DNA from: Paludibacteraceae bacterium | GTDB lineage: Bacteria; Bacteroidota; Bacteroidia; Bacteroidales; Paludibacteraceae | DNA length: 64,000 nt | Reading direction: 5' to 3' | Assembly (NCBI GenBank): GCA_017478225.1 | Contig: JAFVDX010000011.1 | Location: 90,953 to 154,952 of the forward strand | In this document: one piece after another, positions 43,775 to 52,405 of the stretch | Layout: every line of letters starts with the position of its first letter | How positions within the stretch are numbered: the first letter of the stretch is position 1 | The notes under the pieces: model-generated | What the model was told of the DNA's origin: nothing | Seen by the model: only the letters and a program-made list of their open reading frames with translations | The model's database searches: none | Program-made: the position numbers and the translations under genes

Positions 43775-45493
43775 ATGAAAAAGATCTATTTATCTCTCAT
43801 TATGCTGCTCACACTCGCAGTTAGTGCTTCCGCAGCAGGTCGTATATATGTATATGACAAAACCGGATGGGATGCACTGAATGTGTATGCATGGGCAGAT
43901 GGTCAACCTGAATTGTTTGGTGCTTGGACAGGTGCGGCATTCACCGCAACCGAAGCCGTTGGCGATTATACCTACAAATACGTTGATGTTAACGGAACAG
44001 ACGGAGTTGAATACAACCTGATTTTCAACAATGGTAGCACTCAATTCGACGGCCCGAAATACAAAGTAGGTGAGACGGTATATCTTTATCTTACTGCATC
44101 TAATGCAACAAATATTGCCGATAAATCAAATCCGGAAAACAACAAGCCCGAAGAGGTTACACAAGCATCCTTCACAATAAAGATGAAGAACAGCACGGGT
44201 TGGAACGCACTTTATGTATATTCTTACACAGGCGGCGACAATAATGTTCAGGCGCTCGGCGGTTGGCCGGGAACAAAAGCAACAGCCATTGATGGCAATG
44301 ACGGTTGGTACTATGTTACCTTAACTGCGGCTGAAGGCTTGGAACACAATCTTATTTTCAACAACGGAGAAGGTGGTGAGGGCAACCAAGTTGACGCTCC
44401 TGCAAATCCTTATAAAGCAGATGTTTGCTTCGAAGTGAAATTAGACGGACCGGTAGCACTGACCGAAGGCTGCCCTGAGGTAAAAGACGAAGGCGGGCAA
44501 GGTGGACAAACTCCAACTATTGACGAGGACAACCTTATCACAGTACGCGCAAAGAAACCTGCCGATTGGAGTGCTATGAAGATTTGGGCCTGGGTTGAAA
44601 ATGGTAAGAATTACACAGGCGGCACATGGCCGGGTGTTGACATGACCGACAACGGCAACGGATGGTATTGCTATAATGTGCCTGCAGGAGTAAGTGTTAT
44701 CTTCAACAACGGCAGCGACAAACAAACCGCTAATATCGACAATGTGGACGGCACAAAAGGATATGATGTACAAGCCGACGGCAACTACACAGAGGTAACC
44801 GAAGGAGTGCCGACAACAGAATGTACTGCTACAGTGGTTGTTCCGGAAGAAAAAGATGTTAAATTCACGATACAAGTAAAACGCCCTGCTTCATGGAGTG
44901 AGAAAGATGTATATGCTTATATCTACGGTGGAAGTGAAGTACTTGGCGCATGGCCGGGAACAAAGATGACCGCAACGAAAGACAATTGGTTCAAGTTGGA
45001 GGTTACATCTAAATCCGAAAACAACAACATTATCTTCAACAACGGAGAAGGTGGTGATGGCAACCAAGTTGACGCACCTGAGAACCCATGGAAAGCAGAT
45101 GCTTGCTTTGAGATTAGCGATGATATCAAATGTGAAAAGGCAGACTGCCCCGAAGAAGGTGGAAACGAAGGCGGCAATGAAGGTGGTAACGAAGGCGGTA
45201 ATGAAGGTGGTAATGAAGGCGGCAACGAAGGCGGCAATAGTGCATTGCAGAACATTGACGCTATCGGCATCAGTATCTATCCCAATCCTGTACAAGACAA
45301 CCTCAATATCAATTCCAATTCTGCTATTGAGAATGTGGCTATATTCGACATAGCAGGTCAGAAAGTATTTGAAACCAACGCAAACGCTCATAGCCTCTGC
45401 ATTGACCTGACAGACCTCTCAGCAGGTATGTACATATTGCGTCTTGAGACTATTGAGGGAAATAGTGCAGTGGAGAATATCATTAAGAAATAA
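43775..45493 (+). CDS. Surface glycan-binding protein: 4 starch-binding-like modules, (EGGN)7 linker and T9SS sorting domain
   Basis: Four repeats of the pattern YAW/YSY...G(A/G)WPG...W(Y/F)...IFNNG.G..Q. SPI-type signal peptide without Cys. The C-terminus IYPNPVQDNLNI...IFDIAGQKV...GMYILRLE is a canonical T9SS CTD. Confidence 0.75.
   Translation: MKKIYLSLIMLLTLAVSASAAGRIYVYDKTGWDALNVYAWADGQPELFGAWTGAAFTATEAVGDYTYKYVDVNGTDGVEYNLIFNNGSTQFDGPKYKVGETVYLYLTASNATNIADKSNPENNKPEEVTQASFTIKMKNSTGWNALYVYSYTGGDNNVQALGGWPGTKATAIDGNDGWYYVTLTAAEGLEHNLIFNNGEGGEGNQVDAPANPYKADVCFEVKLDGPVALTEGCPEVKDEGGQGGQTPTIDEDNLITVRAKKPADWSAMKIWAWVENGKNYTGGTWPGVDMTDNGNGWYCYNVPAGVSVIFNNGSDKQTANIDNVDGTKGYDVQADGNYTEVTEGVPTTECTATVVVPEEKDVKFTIQVKRPASWSEKDVYAYIYGGSEVLGAWPGTKMTATKDNWFKLEVTSKSENNNIIFNNGEGGDGNQVDAPENPWKADACFEISDDIKCEKADCPEEGGNEGGNEGGNEGGNEGGNEGGNEGGNSALQNIDAIGISIYPNPVQDNLNINSNSAIENVAIFDIAGQKVFETNANAHSLCIDLTDLSAGMYILRLETIEGNSAVENIIKK
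45155..45238 (+). repeat. 12-bp tandem repeat x7 encoding (EGGN)7
   Basis: gaaggtggaaac / gaaggcggcaat / ... seven units with synonymous variation. Confidence 0.9.
45263..45490 (+). other. T9SS type-A C-terminal sorting domain
   Basis: IGISIYPNPVQDNLNINSNSAIENVAIFDIAGQKVFETNANAHSLCIDLTDLSAGMYILRLETIEGNSAVENIIKK. Confidence 0.75.
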
Positions 45494-45511
45494 ACCTGTA
45501 AAATGGTGAAT

Positions 45512-46981
45512 ATGAAAAAAATAAAGTTATTATCTTTGTTTGCAATCTTGGCACTTATGTTGCCAAGTTGCAAACAAGAAGAAATAGAATTTGACTACGA
45601 GAATATTCATTTTGAGACTCGTGCTGATGCCATACTTCTTGAGGTAGTAGTGCCAACGAGTACTACAAAAACCGATGAGTTGTATGTAGCCGGTGCGTTT
45701 AGTGGAGGCGATGAGGCAGCAAAGAGCAATAGCAAGTTTCGCTTGACGCCTCATCCTGATTCCGATGCCAAATGGGGAGTTTATCTCAATCCAAGCGACT
45801 TTGTCGGAGGCAAGACTCTTGCTGACGGATTCCATTTCATAAGCAAGACACAACGGGAAGAGCGCACTCTGAAAAATGATACCGTAGTCCGTTACGATAA
45901 TCCCAAAGTAGGTTCAAGAACTATTCTCACTATTGATCGTTGGGCTGCATATTTTGATAAGGTTGAGAATCCGGACGAGATAGAGCACGACGGTTATGTG
46001 ATTTATGTTATTGACGAGACCGGTTGGGATGTCTTATCTCTATACGCATGGGGAGATGGTTTGCCCGAACTGTTTGGCAGTTGGCCCGGCGTACAAGCCA
46101 CAGGACTTGTTACCATGAACGGCGTTAAATACGCATACTTTGATACAGGAGCCGCAAACGAAGGACTCACCTACAACCTTATCTTCAATAACAACAATGC
46201 AGGCAAGCAACTTGATGATTTCGCTTATACAATCAACAGAGACCTTTATCTGAAACTAACCGATAAAGGAGTTGAAGAAATCAGCAACGAACCTGAACAC
46301 GACGGCTTTGTGGTTTATGCCCTTGACCAAACCGGATATGATGCACTTGCTCTCTATGGCTGGTACGATGGTCAAGAGGAACTGTTCGGCGGCTGGCCGG
46401 GAAAAACACCGGACGGAGAAGTAACCATTGCAGGAAACAAATATGTCTATTTCGACATGGGAGAAGCACATAGCGGTATGTCATATCACTTGATATTCAA
46501 TAACAACAACGGAGGCAAGCAATTGGCTGATTTTGACTTTGAAATCACCCGAGATATCTATTTGCAACTCGCACCAGGTGGCGTTACCGAAATTGATCCT
46601 AACGATATTATACCTGAACCGGAACCCGAACCGGACAAAGTTGATCCTCGAGATGACCCCGACGCCAAAGAATACAAACTCTATATAAGCAACAAATGCG
46701 GATATGCAGATGTGGCCGTTTATGCCTATGGAACCAATTTGGTTGATTACTTCGGTGCTTGGCCCGGACAAAAATTAGAAACCAAAGAAACAGTTGATGG
46801 AGTTGAGTATCTGGTGATAACAATGAAAGGTAATGCACACCAATATAACTTGATTTTCAACAACAACGGTGGTGGCGAGCAGTTGAAAGACTTTGCTTAT
46901 ACTATCGACCACGATGCCTATCTTGAACTCACGGCAGAAGGTGTAGTTGACCTAAAAGCACAGAACAATTCAGACAAATAA
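45512..46981 (+). CDS. Surface glycan-binding lipoprotein with 3 starch-binding-like modules (SusE/F functional analogue)
   Basis: Lipobox LMLPSC. Three repeats of Y(A/G)W..G..ELFG.WPG......Y.YFD........YNLIFNNNN.GKQL.DF. An alternative ATG lies at 45503. Confidence 0.7.
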   Translation: MKKIKLLSLFAILALMLPSCKQEEIEFDYENIHFETRADAILLEVVVPTSTTKTDELYVAGAFSGGDEAAKSNSKFRLTPHPDSDAKWGVYLNPSDFVGGKTLADGFHFISKTQREERTLKNDTVVRYDNPKVGSRTILTIDRWAAYFDKVENPDEIEHDGYVIYVIDETGWDVLSLYAWGDGLPELFGSWPGVQATGLVTMNGVKYAYFDTGAANEGLTYNLIFNNNNAGKQLDDFAYTINRDLYLKLTDKGVEEISNEPEHDGFVVYALDQTGYDALALYGWYDGQEELFGGWPGKTPDGEVTIAGNKYVYFDMGEAHSGMSYHLIFNNNNGGKQLADFDFEITRDIYLQLAPGGVTEIDPNDIIPEPEPEPDKVDPRDDPDAKEYKLYISNKCGYADVAVYAYGTNLVDYFGAWPGQKLETKETVDGVEYLVITMKGNAHQYNLIFNNNGGGEQLKDFAYTIDHDAYLELTAEGVVDLKAQNNSDK

Positions 46982-46991
46982 ATCCATCTTA

Positions 46992-47037
46992 ATCATACCA
47001 CCCTATTGAGCCATAATCATCGGGTGGTATGATTTTT
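46992..47037 (+). terminator. Rho-independent terminator
   Basis: 12-bp stem ATCATACCACCC/GGGTGGTATGAT followed by TTTTT. Confidence 0.6.
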
Positions 47038-47054
47038 GTCGTAACTATTTTATT

Positions 47055-48506
47055 ATGAAAGCAATGAATATTATTTTATTAGCAGGATTGGTTATAACTC
47101 TTGCCAATTGCAACAACTCAGGCGATTCTGACGAGCCTCAAGTGGAACCGGTAGCGGAAACGCTACAAGTAGATAACACAACAGCATTGACCGACTACAA
47201 CAAGGTCATTTATGAGATGAACCTATATAACTTCACCTCACAAGGAACCTTTAAAGCAGCAGAAGCGCGCCTTGAGGAACTCAGAACTTTGGGTGTGGAT
47301 ATAGTATGGCTTATGCCTATTCAGCCCCGTAGCAAGGAAGGTAAGATTGGTTCGCTTGGTTCACCATACGCTCTAAGGAACTATACGGAAGTCAATCCTG
47401 ACCATGGCACTTTGGACGATTTCAAGTCGTTTGTTGCAAAAGCGCACTCACTTGGTATGCAAGTGTGGCTTGATTGGGTGCCAAATCACACAGGCTTGGA
47501 TAATATATGGGTTAGTGAGCATAAGGACTATTATGAGCAATCAGGCGGAAATATAGTGCATCCCAATAATTATGGTGATGTATATCAATTGAACTATTCA
47601 AACAATGACTTGCAGCAGGCTATGATAGAGGCAATGAAGTATTGGATTGCAAATGCAGACATCGATGGTTTCCGCTGCGATTATGTTTCTTCACCTAAGA
47701 TTCCATATACTTTCTGGCAAAAAGCCATTCCTGAATTACGCAGTGCAGCAAACAACAAGTATCTTTGGATGCTCGGCGAGGCTGATTTTGCCGCTGATGC
47801 TAAAAGTCTGCTTAGTGTCGGCTTCGACTTTGACTATGCTTGGGGATACCACGACTTGATGAAAAACGGACTGGGCACAGGAGAAAATGCATCAAGCATT
47901 ATAACACAAAGCAAAAATCTCATTAATAACAACAACTACACCATGATGGATCGTATGGTATATCTTACCAATCACGATGATATAGGCAATAATTTCTCTG
48001 CCAATTATTTCAATTATTGGGGTGCTAATGTGCCGGCGATGACTGTGCTGGAATTTACGATGTATGGCATGCCGCTACTATATAATGGTCAGGAAATAGG
48101 TTATCGCAAAGTGCAAAATTACTTCAACCGTGACGCTATCAATTGGAATGCACCAAACAACCAAATCAAGAATACAATCCGAACATTGGTGGCTCTGAGA
48201 CATACTCAACCCGCACTCGCAGGTGGCAAAAAAGCCGACCGACCTGAAGTCAAGTTCCTCGATGTCAATCAATCATCTGTAGTGGCATACGAAAAACGGA
48301 AGGGAAACAACGTAGTAGTGGTTGTACTTAATTTTGCTTCCACAGACACTCCGACATATATCATCGGAGCAGAGGAAGGTGAATACGAGATGTGGTTAGA
48401 CAGCAAAACCATTGAGCAAGGACCTACAAAAACAACAACAACTCTCAAAGCATCAGAATATATCACTATTCCAGCCAAAGGATATATGGTATATGTGAAA
48501 AAATAA
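47055..48506 (+). CDS. GH13 alpha-amylase family enzyme, lipoprotein
   Basis: GH13 conserved regions LDWVPNHTG, IDGFRCDYV, WMLGEAD and YLTNHDD. Lipobox LANC. Confidence 0.85.
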   Translation: MKAMNIILLAGLVITLANCNNSGDSDEPQVEPVAETLQVDNTTALTDYNKVIYEMNLYNFTSQGTFKAAEARLEELRTLGVDIVWLMPIQPRSKEGKIGSLGSPYALRNYTEVNPDHGTLDDFKSFVAKAHSLGMQVWLDWVPNHTGLDNIWVSEHKDYYEQSGGNIVHPNNYGDVYQLNYSNNDLQQAMIEAMKYWIANADIDGFRCDYVSSPKIPYTFWQKAIPELRSAANNKYLWMLGEADFAADAKSLLSVGFDFDYAWGYHDLMKNGLGTGENASSIITQSKNLINNNNYTMMDRMVYLTNHDDIGNNFSANYFNYWGANVPAMTVLEFTMYGMPLLYNGQEIGYRKVQNYFNRDAINWNAPNNQIKNTIRTLVALRHTQPALAGGKKADRPEVKFLDVNQSSVVAYEKRKGNNVVVVVLNFASTDTPTYIIGAEEGEYEMWLDSKTIEQGPTKTTTTLKASEYITIPAKGYMVYVKK

Positions 48507-48518
48507 AACTACAAGAAT

Positions 48519-50564
48519 ATGAGAATAAGATTTTTCAGTTGTATTGCTCTTGCCTTTGCTCTACTTGCATGCCAAACTAAACAACAGCAAGTGTATTCAC
48601 CCAACGGAAACATCAAAGTAACTATTGGTGTTGATAATCATAACAGGGCATATTATACAGCCCAATACCATTCAGAGACCGTGATCAACAATTCTTATTT
48701 AGGATATACTTTGTCAGGCGATATAGACCTCACACAATTCCGTTTGGATGGTTTTACGCAACTCACACACGACGACACATGGGAGCAACCTTGGGGAGAG
48801 CAACGAGTTATAAGGAACCATTATAATGAACTTACCATGCGCCTTATTAGCCTTGCCAATCCGGATTTATCAATGAGCGTAGTAGTAAGAGCCTACAACG
48901 AAGGATTTGCATTTCGCTATATAGTTGATAGCCAAAACAACATAGGTGGCAAAGCAGAGATAGTGGATGAGAATACTGAGTTCTGCCTGCCATGGGACGC
49001 TCAAGCATGGTCAGGACCAACCAATCATACTAATTTCTTAGAAGCGTTATGGACAAAGAGTGCTGTGAGCGAAAAAGATACTGTAGCAACGCCAATGACC
49101 ATTGAGGTTAGAGATGACCTATATATGGTTATTCACGAAGCCAACCTGACCAACTACTCATCACTTGACTTAGCACCTGCAAAAAGAGAAGATACTAAAA
49201 CCACTCTTAAAGCGACGCTTGTGCCTTGGTCGGATGGAGTATTAGTTAAGACTACATTCCCCTTCAAAAGTCCATGGAGGACTGTCCTTTTGGCAAATAA
49301 ACCGGGTGATTTAATAACTTCATACATGGAACTCAACTTAAACGAGCCTTGTAAGATAGAAGATTTGTCGTGGATAGAGCCGGGCAGATATATAGGTATA
49401 TGGTGGGGCATGCACATGAAAGACTATACATGGGAAATGGGACCAAAACATGGAGCCACCACTGACAACACTAAACGATATATTGATTTTGCCGCTAAAC
49501 ATGGTTTCAAGGGAGTGCTTGTAGAAGGTTGGAACAAAGGTTGGGAAGGCGACTGGACCATTATTGACGACCATTTCAACTATACCGAAGCCTATCCGGA
49601 CTACGACATCAATTATCTATGTGAATATGCTAAGGCTAAAGGTGTCAGAATAATTGCACATACAGAAACGGGCGGTGCTGTAGAGAATTTCGAGAACCAG
49701 ATGGATTCGGCTTTTAGTTACTATCATCGCTTGGGCATCAATGCCGTAAAGACAGGTTATGTCAATCCCAAACACAACGGCAAAGAATGGCAACGCTCGC
49801 AATATGGAGTGGAACATTACAGAAAAGTAGTGGAGACGGCAGCCAAATACGAAATAATGATTGATAATCATGAGCCTGCCATGCCCACAGGAATCCGTCG
49901 TACATGGCCTAATCTGATGACCGGCGAGGGAGTGAGAGGACAAGAGTGGAACGCATGGAATGCAGCAGGAGGAAATCCGCCATACCACACCTGCGTACTG
50001 CCTTTCACACGCGGACTGGCAGGACCTATGGATTTTACACCTGTTATTTTCAATTTCAACAATAAAGTACTACCCGATGTACATCCGGAGTCCACTATTG
50101 CCAAACAACTTGCAGAATTTATGATACTTTATTCTCCACTGCAAATGGCTGCTGATATGATAGAAAATATGGAGGGACAAGACGGCATGGACTTTATAGA
50201 ATCATGTCCTACGACATGGGAAGAAACACGAGTGATTGACGCAAAGATAGGCGAATATATAGTAGAAGCACGCAAGGTGAGAGACGACTGTCAACCTACA
50301 GGTAAAGAGCCACAAGCAGGGGCTTGGTTTGTGGCAGCGATAACCAATGAAGTTGCTCGGGATATTGCTCTCACCTTGCATTTTTTAGATAGTAACGCAT
50401 CATATTTGGCAACAATCTTTCAAGATGGCATTGATGCAGACTATCAAACCAATCCATACTCGCTTGAAATAAGCGAGCAAATGGTTAGTTCTCAATCTAC
50501 ACTTCATCTGCACTTAGCCCGCAGCGGAGGAGTGGCTATAAGGATTGAGAAAATACAAGAATAA
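48519..50564 (+). CDS. GH97 alpha-glucosidase (SusB-like)
   Basis: Long collinear similarity to the recalled B. thetaiotaomicron SusB: TWEQPWGEQRVIRNHYNEL, LNLNEPCKIEDLSWIEPGRYIGIWW, KRYIDFAAKHGFKGVLVEGWNKGWE, LPFTRGLAGPMDFTP and YSPLQMAADM. Confidence 0.88.
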   Translation: MRIRFFSCIALAFALLACQTKQQQVYSPNGNIKVTIGVDNHNRAYYTAQYHSETVINNSYLGYTLSGDIDLTQFRLDGFTQLTHDDTWEQPWGEQRVIRNHYNELTMRLISLANPDLSMSVVVRAYNEGFAFRYIVDSQNNIGGKAEIVDENTEFCLPWDAQAWSGPTNHTNFLEALWTKSAVSEKDTVATPMTIEVRDDLYMVIHEANLTNYSSLDLAPAKREDTKTTLKATLVPWSDGVLVKTTFPFKSPWRTVLLANKPGDLITSYMELNLNEPCKIEDLSWIEPGRYIGIWWGMHMKDYTWEMGPKHGATTDNTKRYIDFAAKHGFKGVLVEGWNKGWEGDWTIIDDHFNYTEAYPDYDINYLCEYAKAKGVRIIAHTETGGAVENFENQMDSAFSYYHRLGINAVKTGYVNPKHNGKEWQRSQYGVEHYRKVVETAAKYEIMIDNHEPAMPTGIRRTWPNLMTGEGVRGQEWNAWNAAGGNPPYHTCVLPFTRGLAGPMDFTPVIFNFNNKVLPDVHPESTIAKQLAEFMILYSPLQMAADMIENMEGQDGMDFIESCPTTWEETRVIDAKIGEYIVEARKVRDDCQPTGKEPQAGAWFVAAITNEVARDIALTLHFLDSNASYLATIFQDGIDADYQTNPYSLEISEQMVSSQSTLHLHLARSGGVAIRIEKIQE

Positions 50565-50593
50565 ACGAATTGTACTCTATCATCATTACAGTA

Positions 50594-50630
50594 CAGAGGC
50601 TGCAATCATTGATTTGCAGCCTCTGTTTTT
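50594..50630 (+). terminator. Rho-independent terminator after GH97
   Basis: Perfect 12-bp stem CAGAGGCTGCAA/TTGCAGCCTCTG followed by TTTTT. Confidence 0.7.
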
Positions 50631-50702
50631 ACGAATAGATATGAATAATCATTAAGATTTTGAGATAAAAGTAAAAGTAAAACATCACTATCAAGACCTA
50701 CT

Positions 50703-51260
50703 TTAATCCACTCTATCAAAATCTACACCTAAGATTGTGAAGCCACCGTCCTTAAAGCTTCTTTCAGTAATTGTGATTTTTCTTGATTGACCTTTGTACT
50801 TATAATAAAACCGCGCTAAACGACGATCCTGCGATTTGTCAACAACCTTAATGCTCTCTTCAAAACTAATTTCTTTGGAACCACTATAAAAGCCATTATA
50901 GATTTTTCCATCATCTGCAACTTTTGATATTTTATCACATACTGCTTTGGCATACTGATTAAAAATATCGTGAGAATAAGTTGAAGCCTTATTGGGAGCA
51001 AACTCAAATTTGAAAGCATCTACTGTAATTTCTAATGCTCCATCACCATTGAATATGTAATATTCTTTAACATTAAAATCTTTTGGTCTAAAGTCATTAA
51101 TACCATAGGTGTTATTGACCATCTGTGGCAAATCTTTGTCAATCAAAATACCTGATATAGTTGTTTCATCATCTTCTAAAATAAGCGGTAAAACAACAGA
51201 TTGTGCATGAGTAAACAACAAAAAAGCACTGCACAAAAGTAACAAACATATTTTTTTCAT
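50703..51260 (-). CDS. Hypothetical secreted protein
   Basis: Signal peptide MKKICLLLLCSAFLLFTHAQ. No family recognised. Confidence 0.4.
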   Translation of the reverse strand: MKKICLLLLCSAFLLFTHAQSVVLPLILEDDETTISGILIDKDLPQMVNNTYGINDFRPKDFNVKEYYIFNGDGALEITVDAFKFEFAPNKASTYSHDIFNQYAKAVCDKISKVADDGKIYNGFYSGSKEISFEESIKVVDKSQDRRLARFYYKYKGQSRKITITERSFKDGGFTILGVDFDRVD

Positions 51261-51361
51261 AATAAGGATTTTTTATCAGTTAATTATTTGAATTTTTTAT
51301 TAGTTACCTTTTCCCATTTCATCAGTATAAGAAATGGGAACAGAAGGGAAAGGAATAATAT

Positions 51362-51392
51362 AAAAAAGTGCGTCTTAAAGACGCACTTTTTT
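51362..51392. terminator. Bidirectional hairpin terminator downstream of the SusE-like gene
   Basis: AAAAAGTGCGTCT-TAA-AGACGCACTTTTT. Confidence 0.6.
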
Positions 51393-51412
51393 ATATTATC
51401 ACAGAAGTTGAA

Positions 51413-52342
51413 TTATTCGCACTTCTCAGATACACCAAAGTTTAAGAAGCCATAAACCTCGTCATTAACGCTGGTGCCTTCCAATTTAATGTTAGGAGCA
51501 CCCTTTGAGCATGTTTGACCTTCTTCTGGAGCAGCCATTTGGTCGTTGTCCCATGTGCCATTAACAACATATTTGTACTCACCACCTACATTTGCTTTCA
51601 AGGTAACTTTCCAGCTGTCACCGTCTTTTGTCATAGGATATGCATCTGGAACCCATGATTGTTCAAATGCATCACCAACGATATAAACAACGCCGTCATT
51701 TGTTACAGGAATTTGTGGTTTCATTGTGAAGGTAACATCAACATAGGTTATAGTAACGCACTCTGACTTATTCCATGCATTAACCTTGATGTAGAGAACA
51801 CCTTGTGTACCATTAACTTGGAGGTTGCCATCACCTGATTTTGAGTATTGGATGTTAGAGTCATCCAAGAACTCCCAATCACTTGCTTGGCCATCCCATG
51901 AACCATCGCCTTTGTAAATCAAGCAGATTTTACCAGCGAGGTAGTTGGTAACATCGTTTCCAGCCTCATCAGTTGCTGCATAACCTGCACCAAGTTTGAT
52001 AGTGGTTTTCCACCAGTTGCCTTCGATTTTCTCGAACTTTGCAGCGCCAGCAGCGTCAGCAACTGAACCATCAGCTGCCAAATATTGGTCAGCACCTGTC
52101 CATGTACCATCTTCACCTATAATAGTTCCTTTAACTGCAATACCATTGCACTCTGAACCTGCAGGAATATTGATAACAATAGTTACATAACCGTCAGCCG
52201 GTTTATCTACCTCAGGAGCCTCATCGGTGTTGGTACCTGGATTAACAGGAACGATAGGATCTTCACTTTCTTTCTTGCTGCAAGAAGCCATTGCAAGAGC
52301 GCCCATAAAGAGGGCTGCAATCATCAATTTGTTTGCTTTCAT
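51413..52342 (-). CDS. SusE/SusF-like starch-binding outer-membrane lipoprotein
   Basis: Lipobox AMASC. CBM20/SusF-like segments occur (VYIVGDAFEQSWVPDAYPMTKDGDSWKVTLKANVGGEYKYVVNGTWDN). It lies downstream of SusD. Confidence 0.6.
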   Translation of the reverse strand: MKANKLMIAALFMGALAMASCSKKESEDPIVPVNPGTNTDEAPEVDKPADGYVTIVINIPAGSECNGIAVKGTIIGEDGTWTGADQYLAADGSVADAAGAAKFEKIEGNWWKTTIKLGAGYAATDEAGNDVTNYLAGKICLIYKGDGSWDGQASDWEFLDDSNIQYSKSGDGNLQVNGTQGVLYIKVNAWNKSECVTITYVDVTFTMKPQIPVTNDGVVYIVGDAFEQSWVPDAYPMTKDGDSWKVTLKANVGGEYKYVVNGTWDNDQMAAPEEGQTCSKGAPNIKLEGTSVNDEVYGFLNFGVSEKCE

Positions 52343-52405
52343 AATGATTTTGTTAATTAGTTAATTATTAATTGTTATTTATTTATAATAAGTTAACACT
52401 TATTC

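Noticed and set aside
45155-45238. The repeat array considered as a CRISPR or other non-coding array
   Set aside because: The 12-bp period has no spacers. It lies in frame within a well-supported CDS and encodes (EGGN)7. No CRISPR-like repeat-spacer structure was seen anywhere in the window.
51309-51355. Nested inverted repeat CCTTTTCCCATTTC…GAAATGGGAACAGAAGGGAAAGG upstream of the 50703..51260 gene
   Set aside because: It is an imperfect hairpin in an AT-rich spacer next to a clear terminator. There is no repeat elsewhere in the window and no associated gene logic. It is probably a secondary terminator or leader structure.
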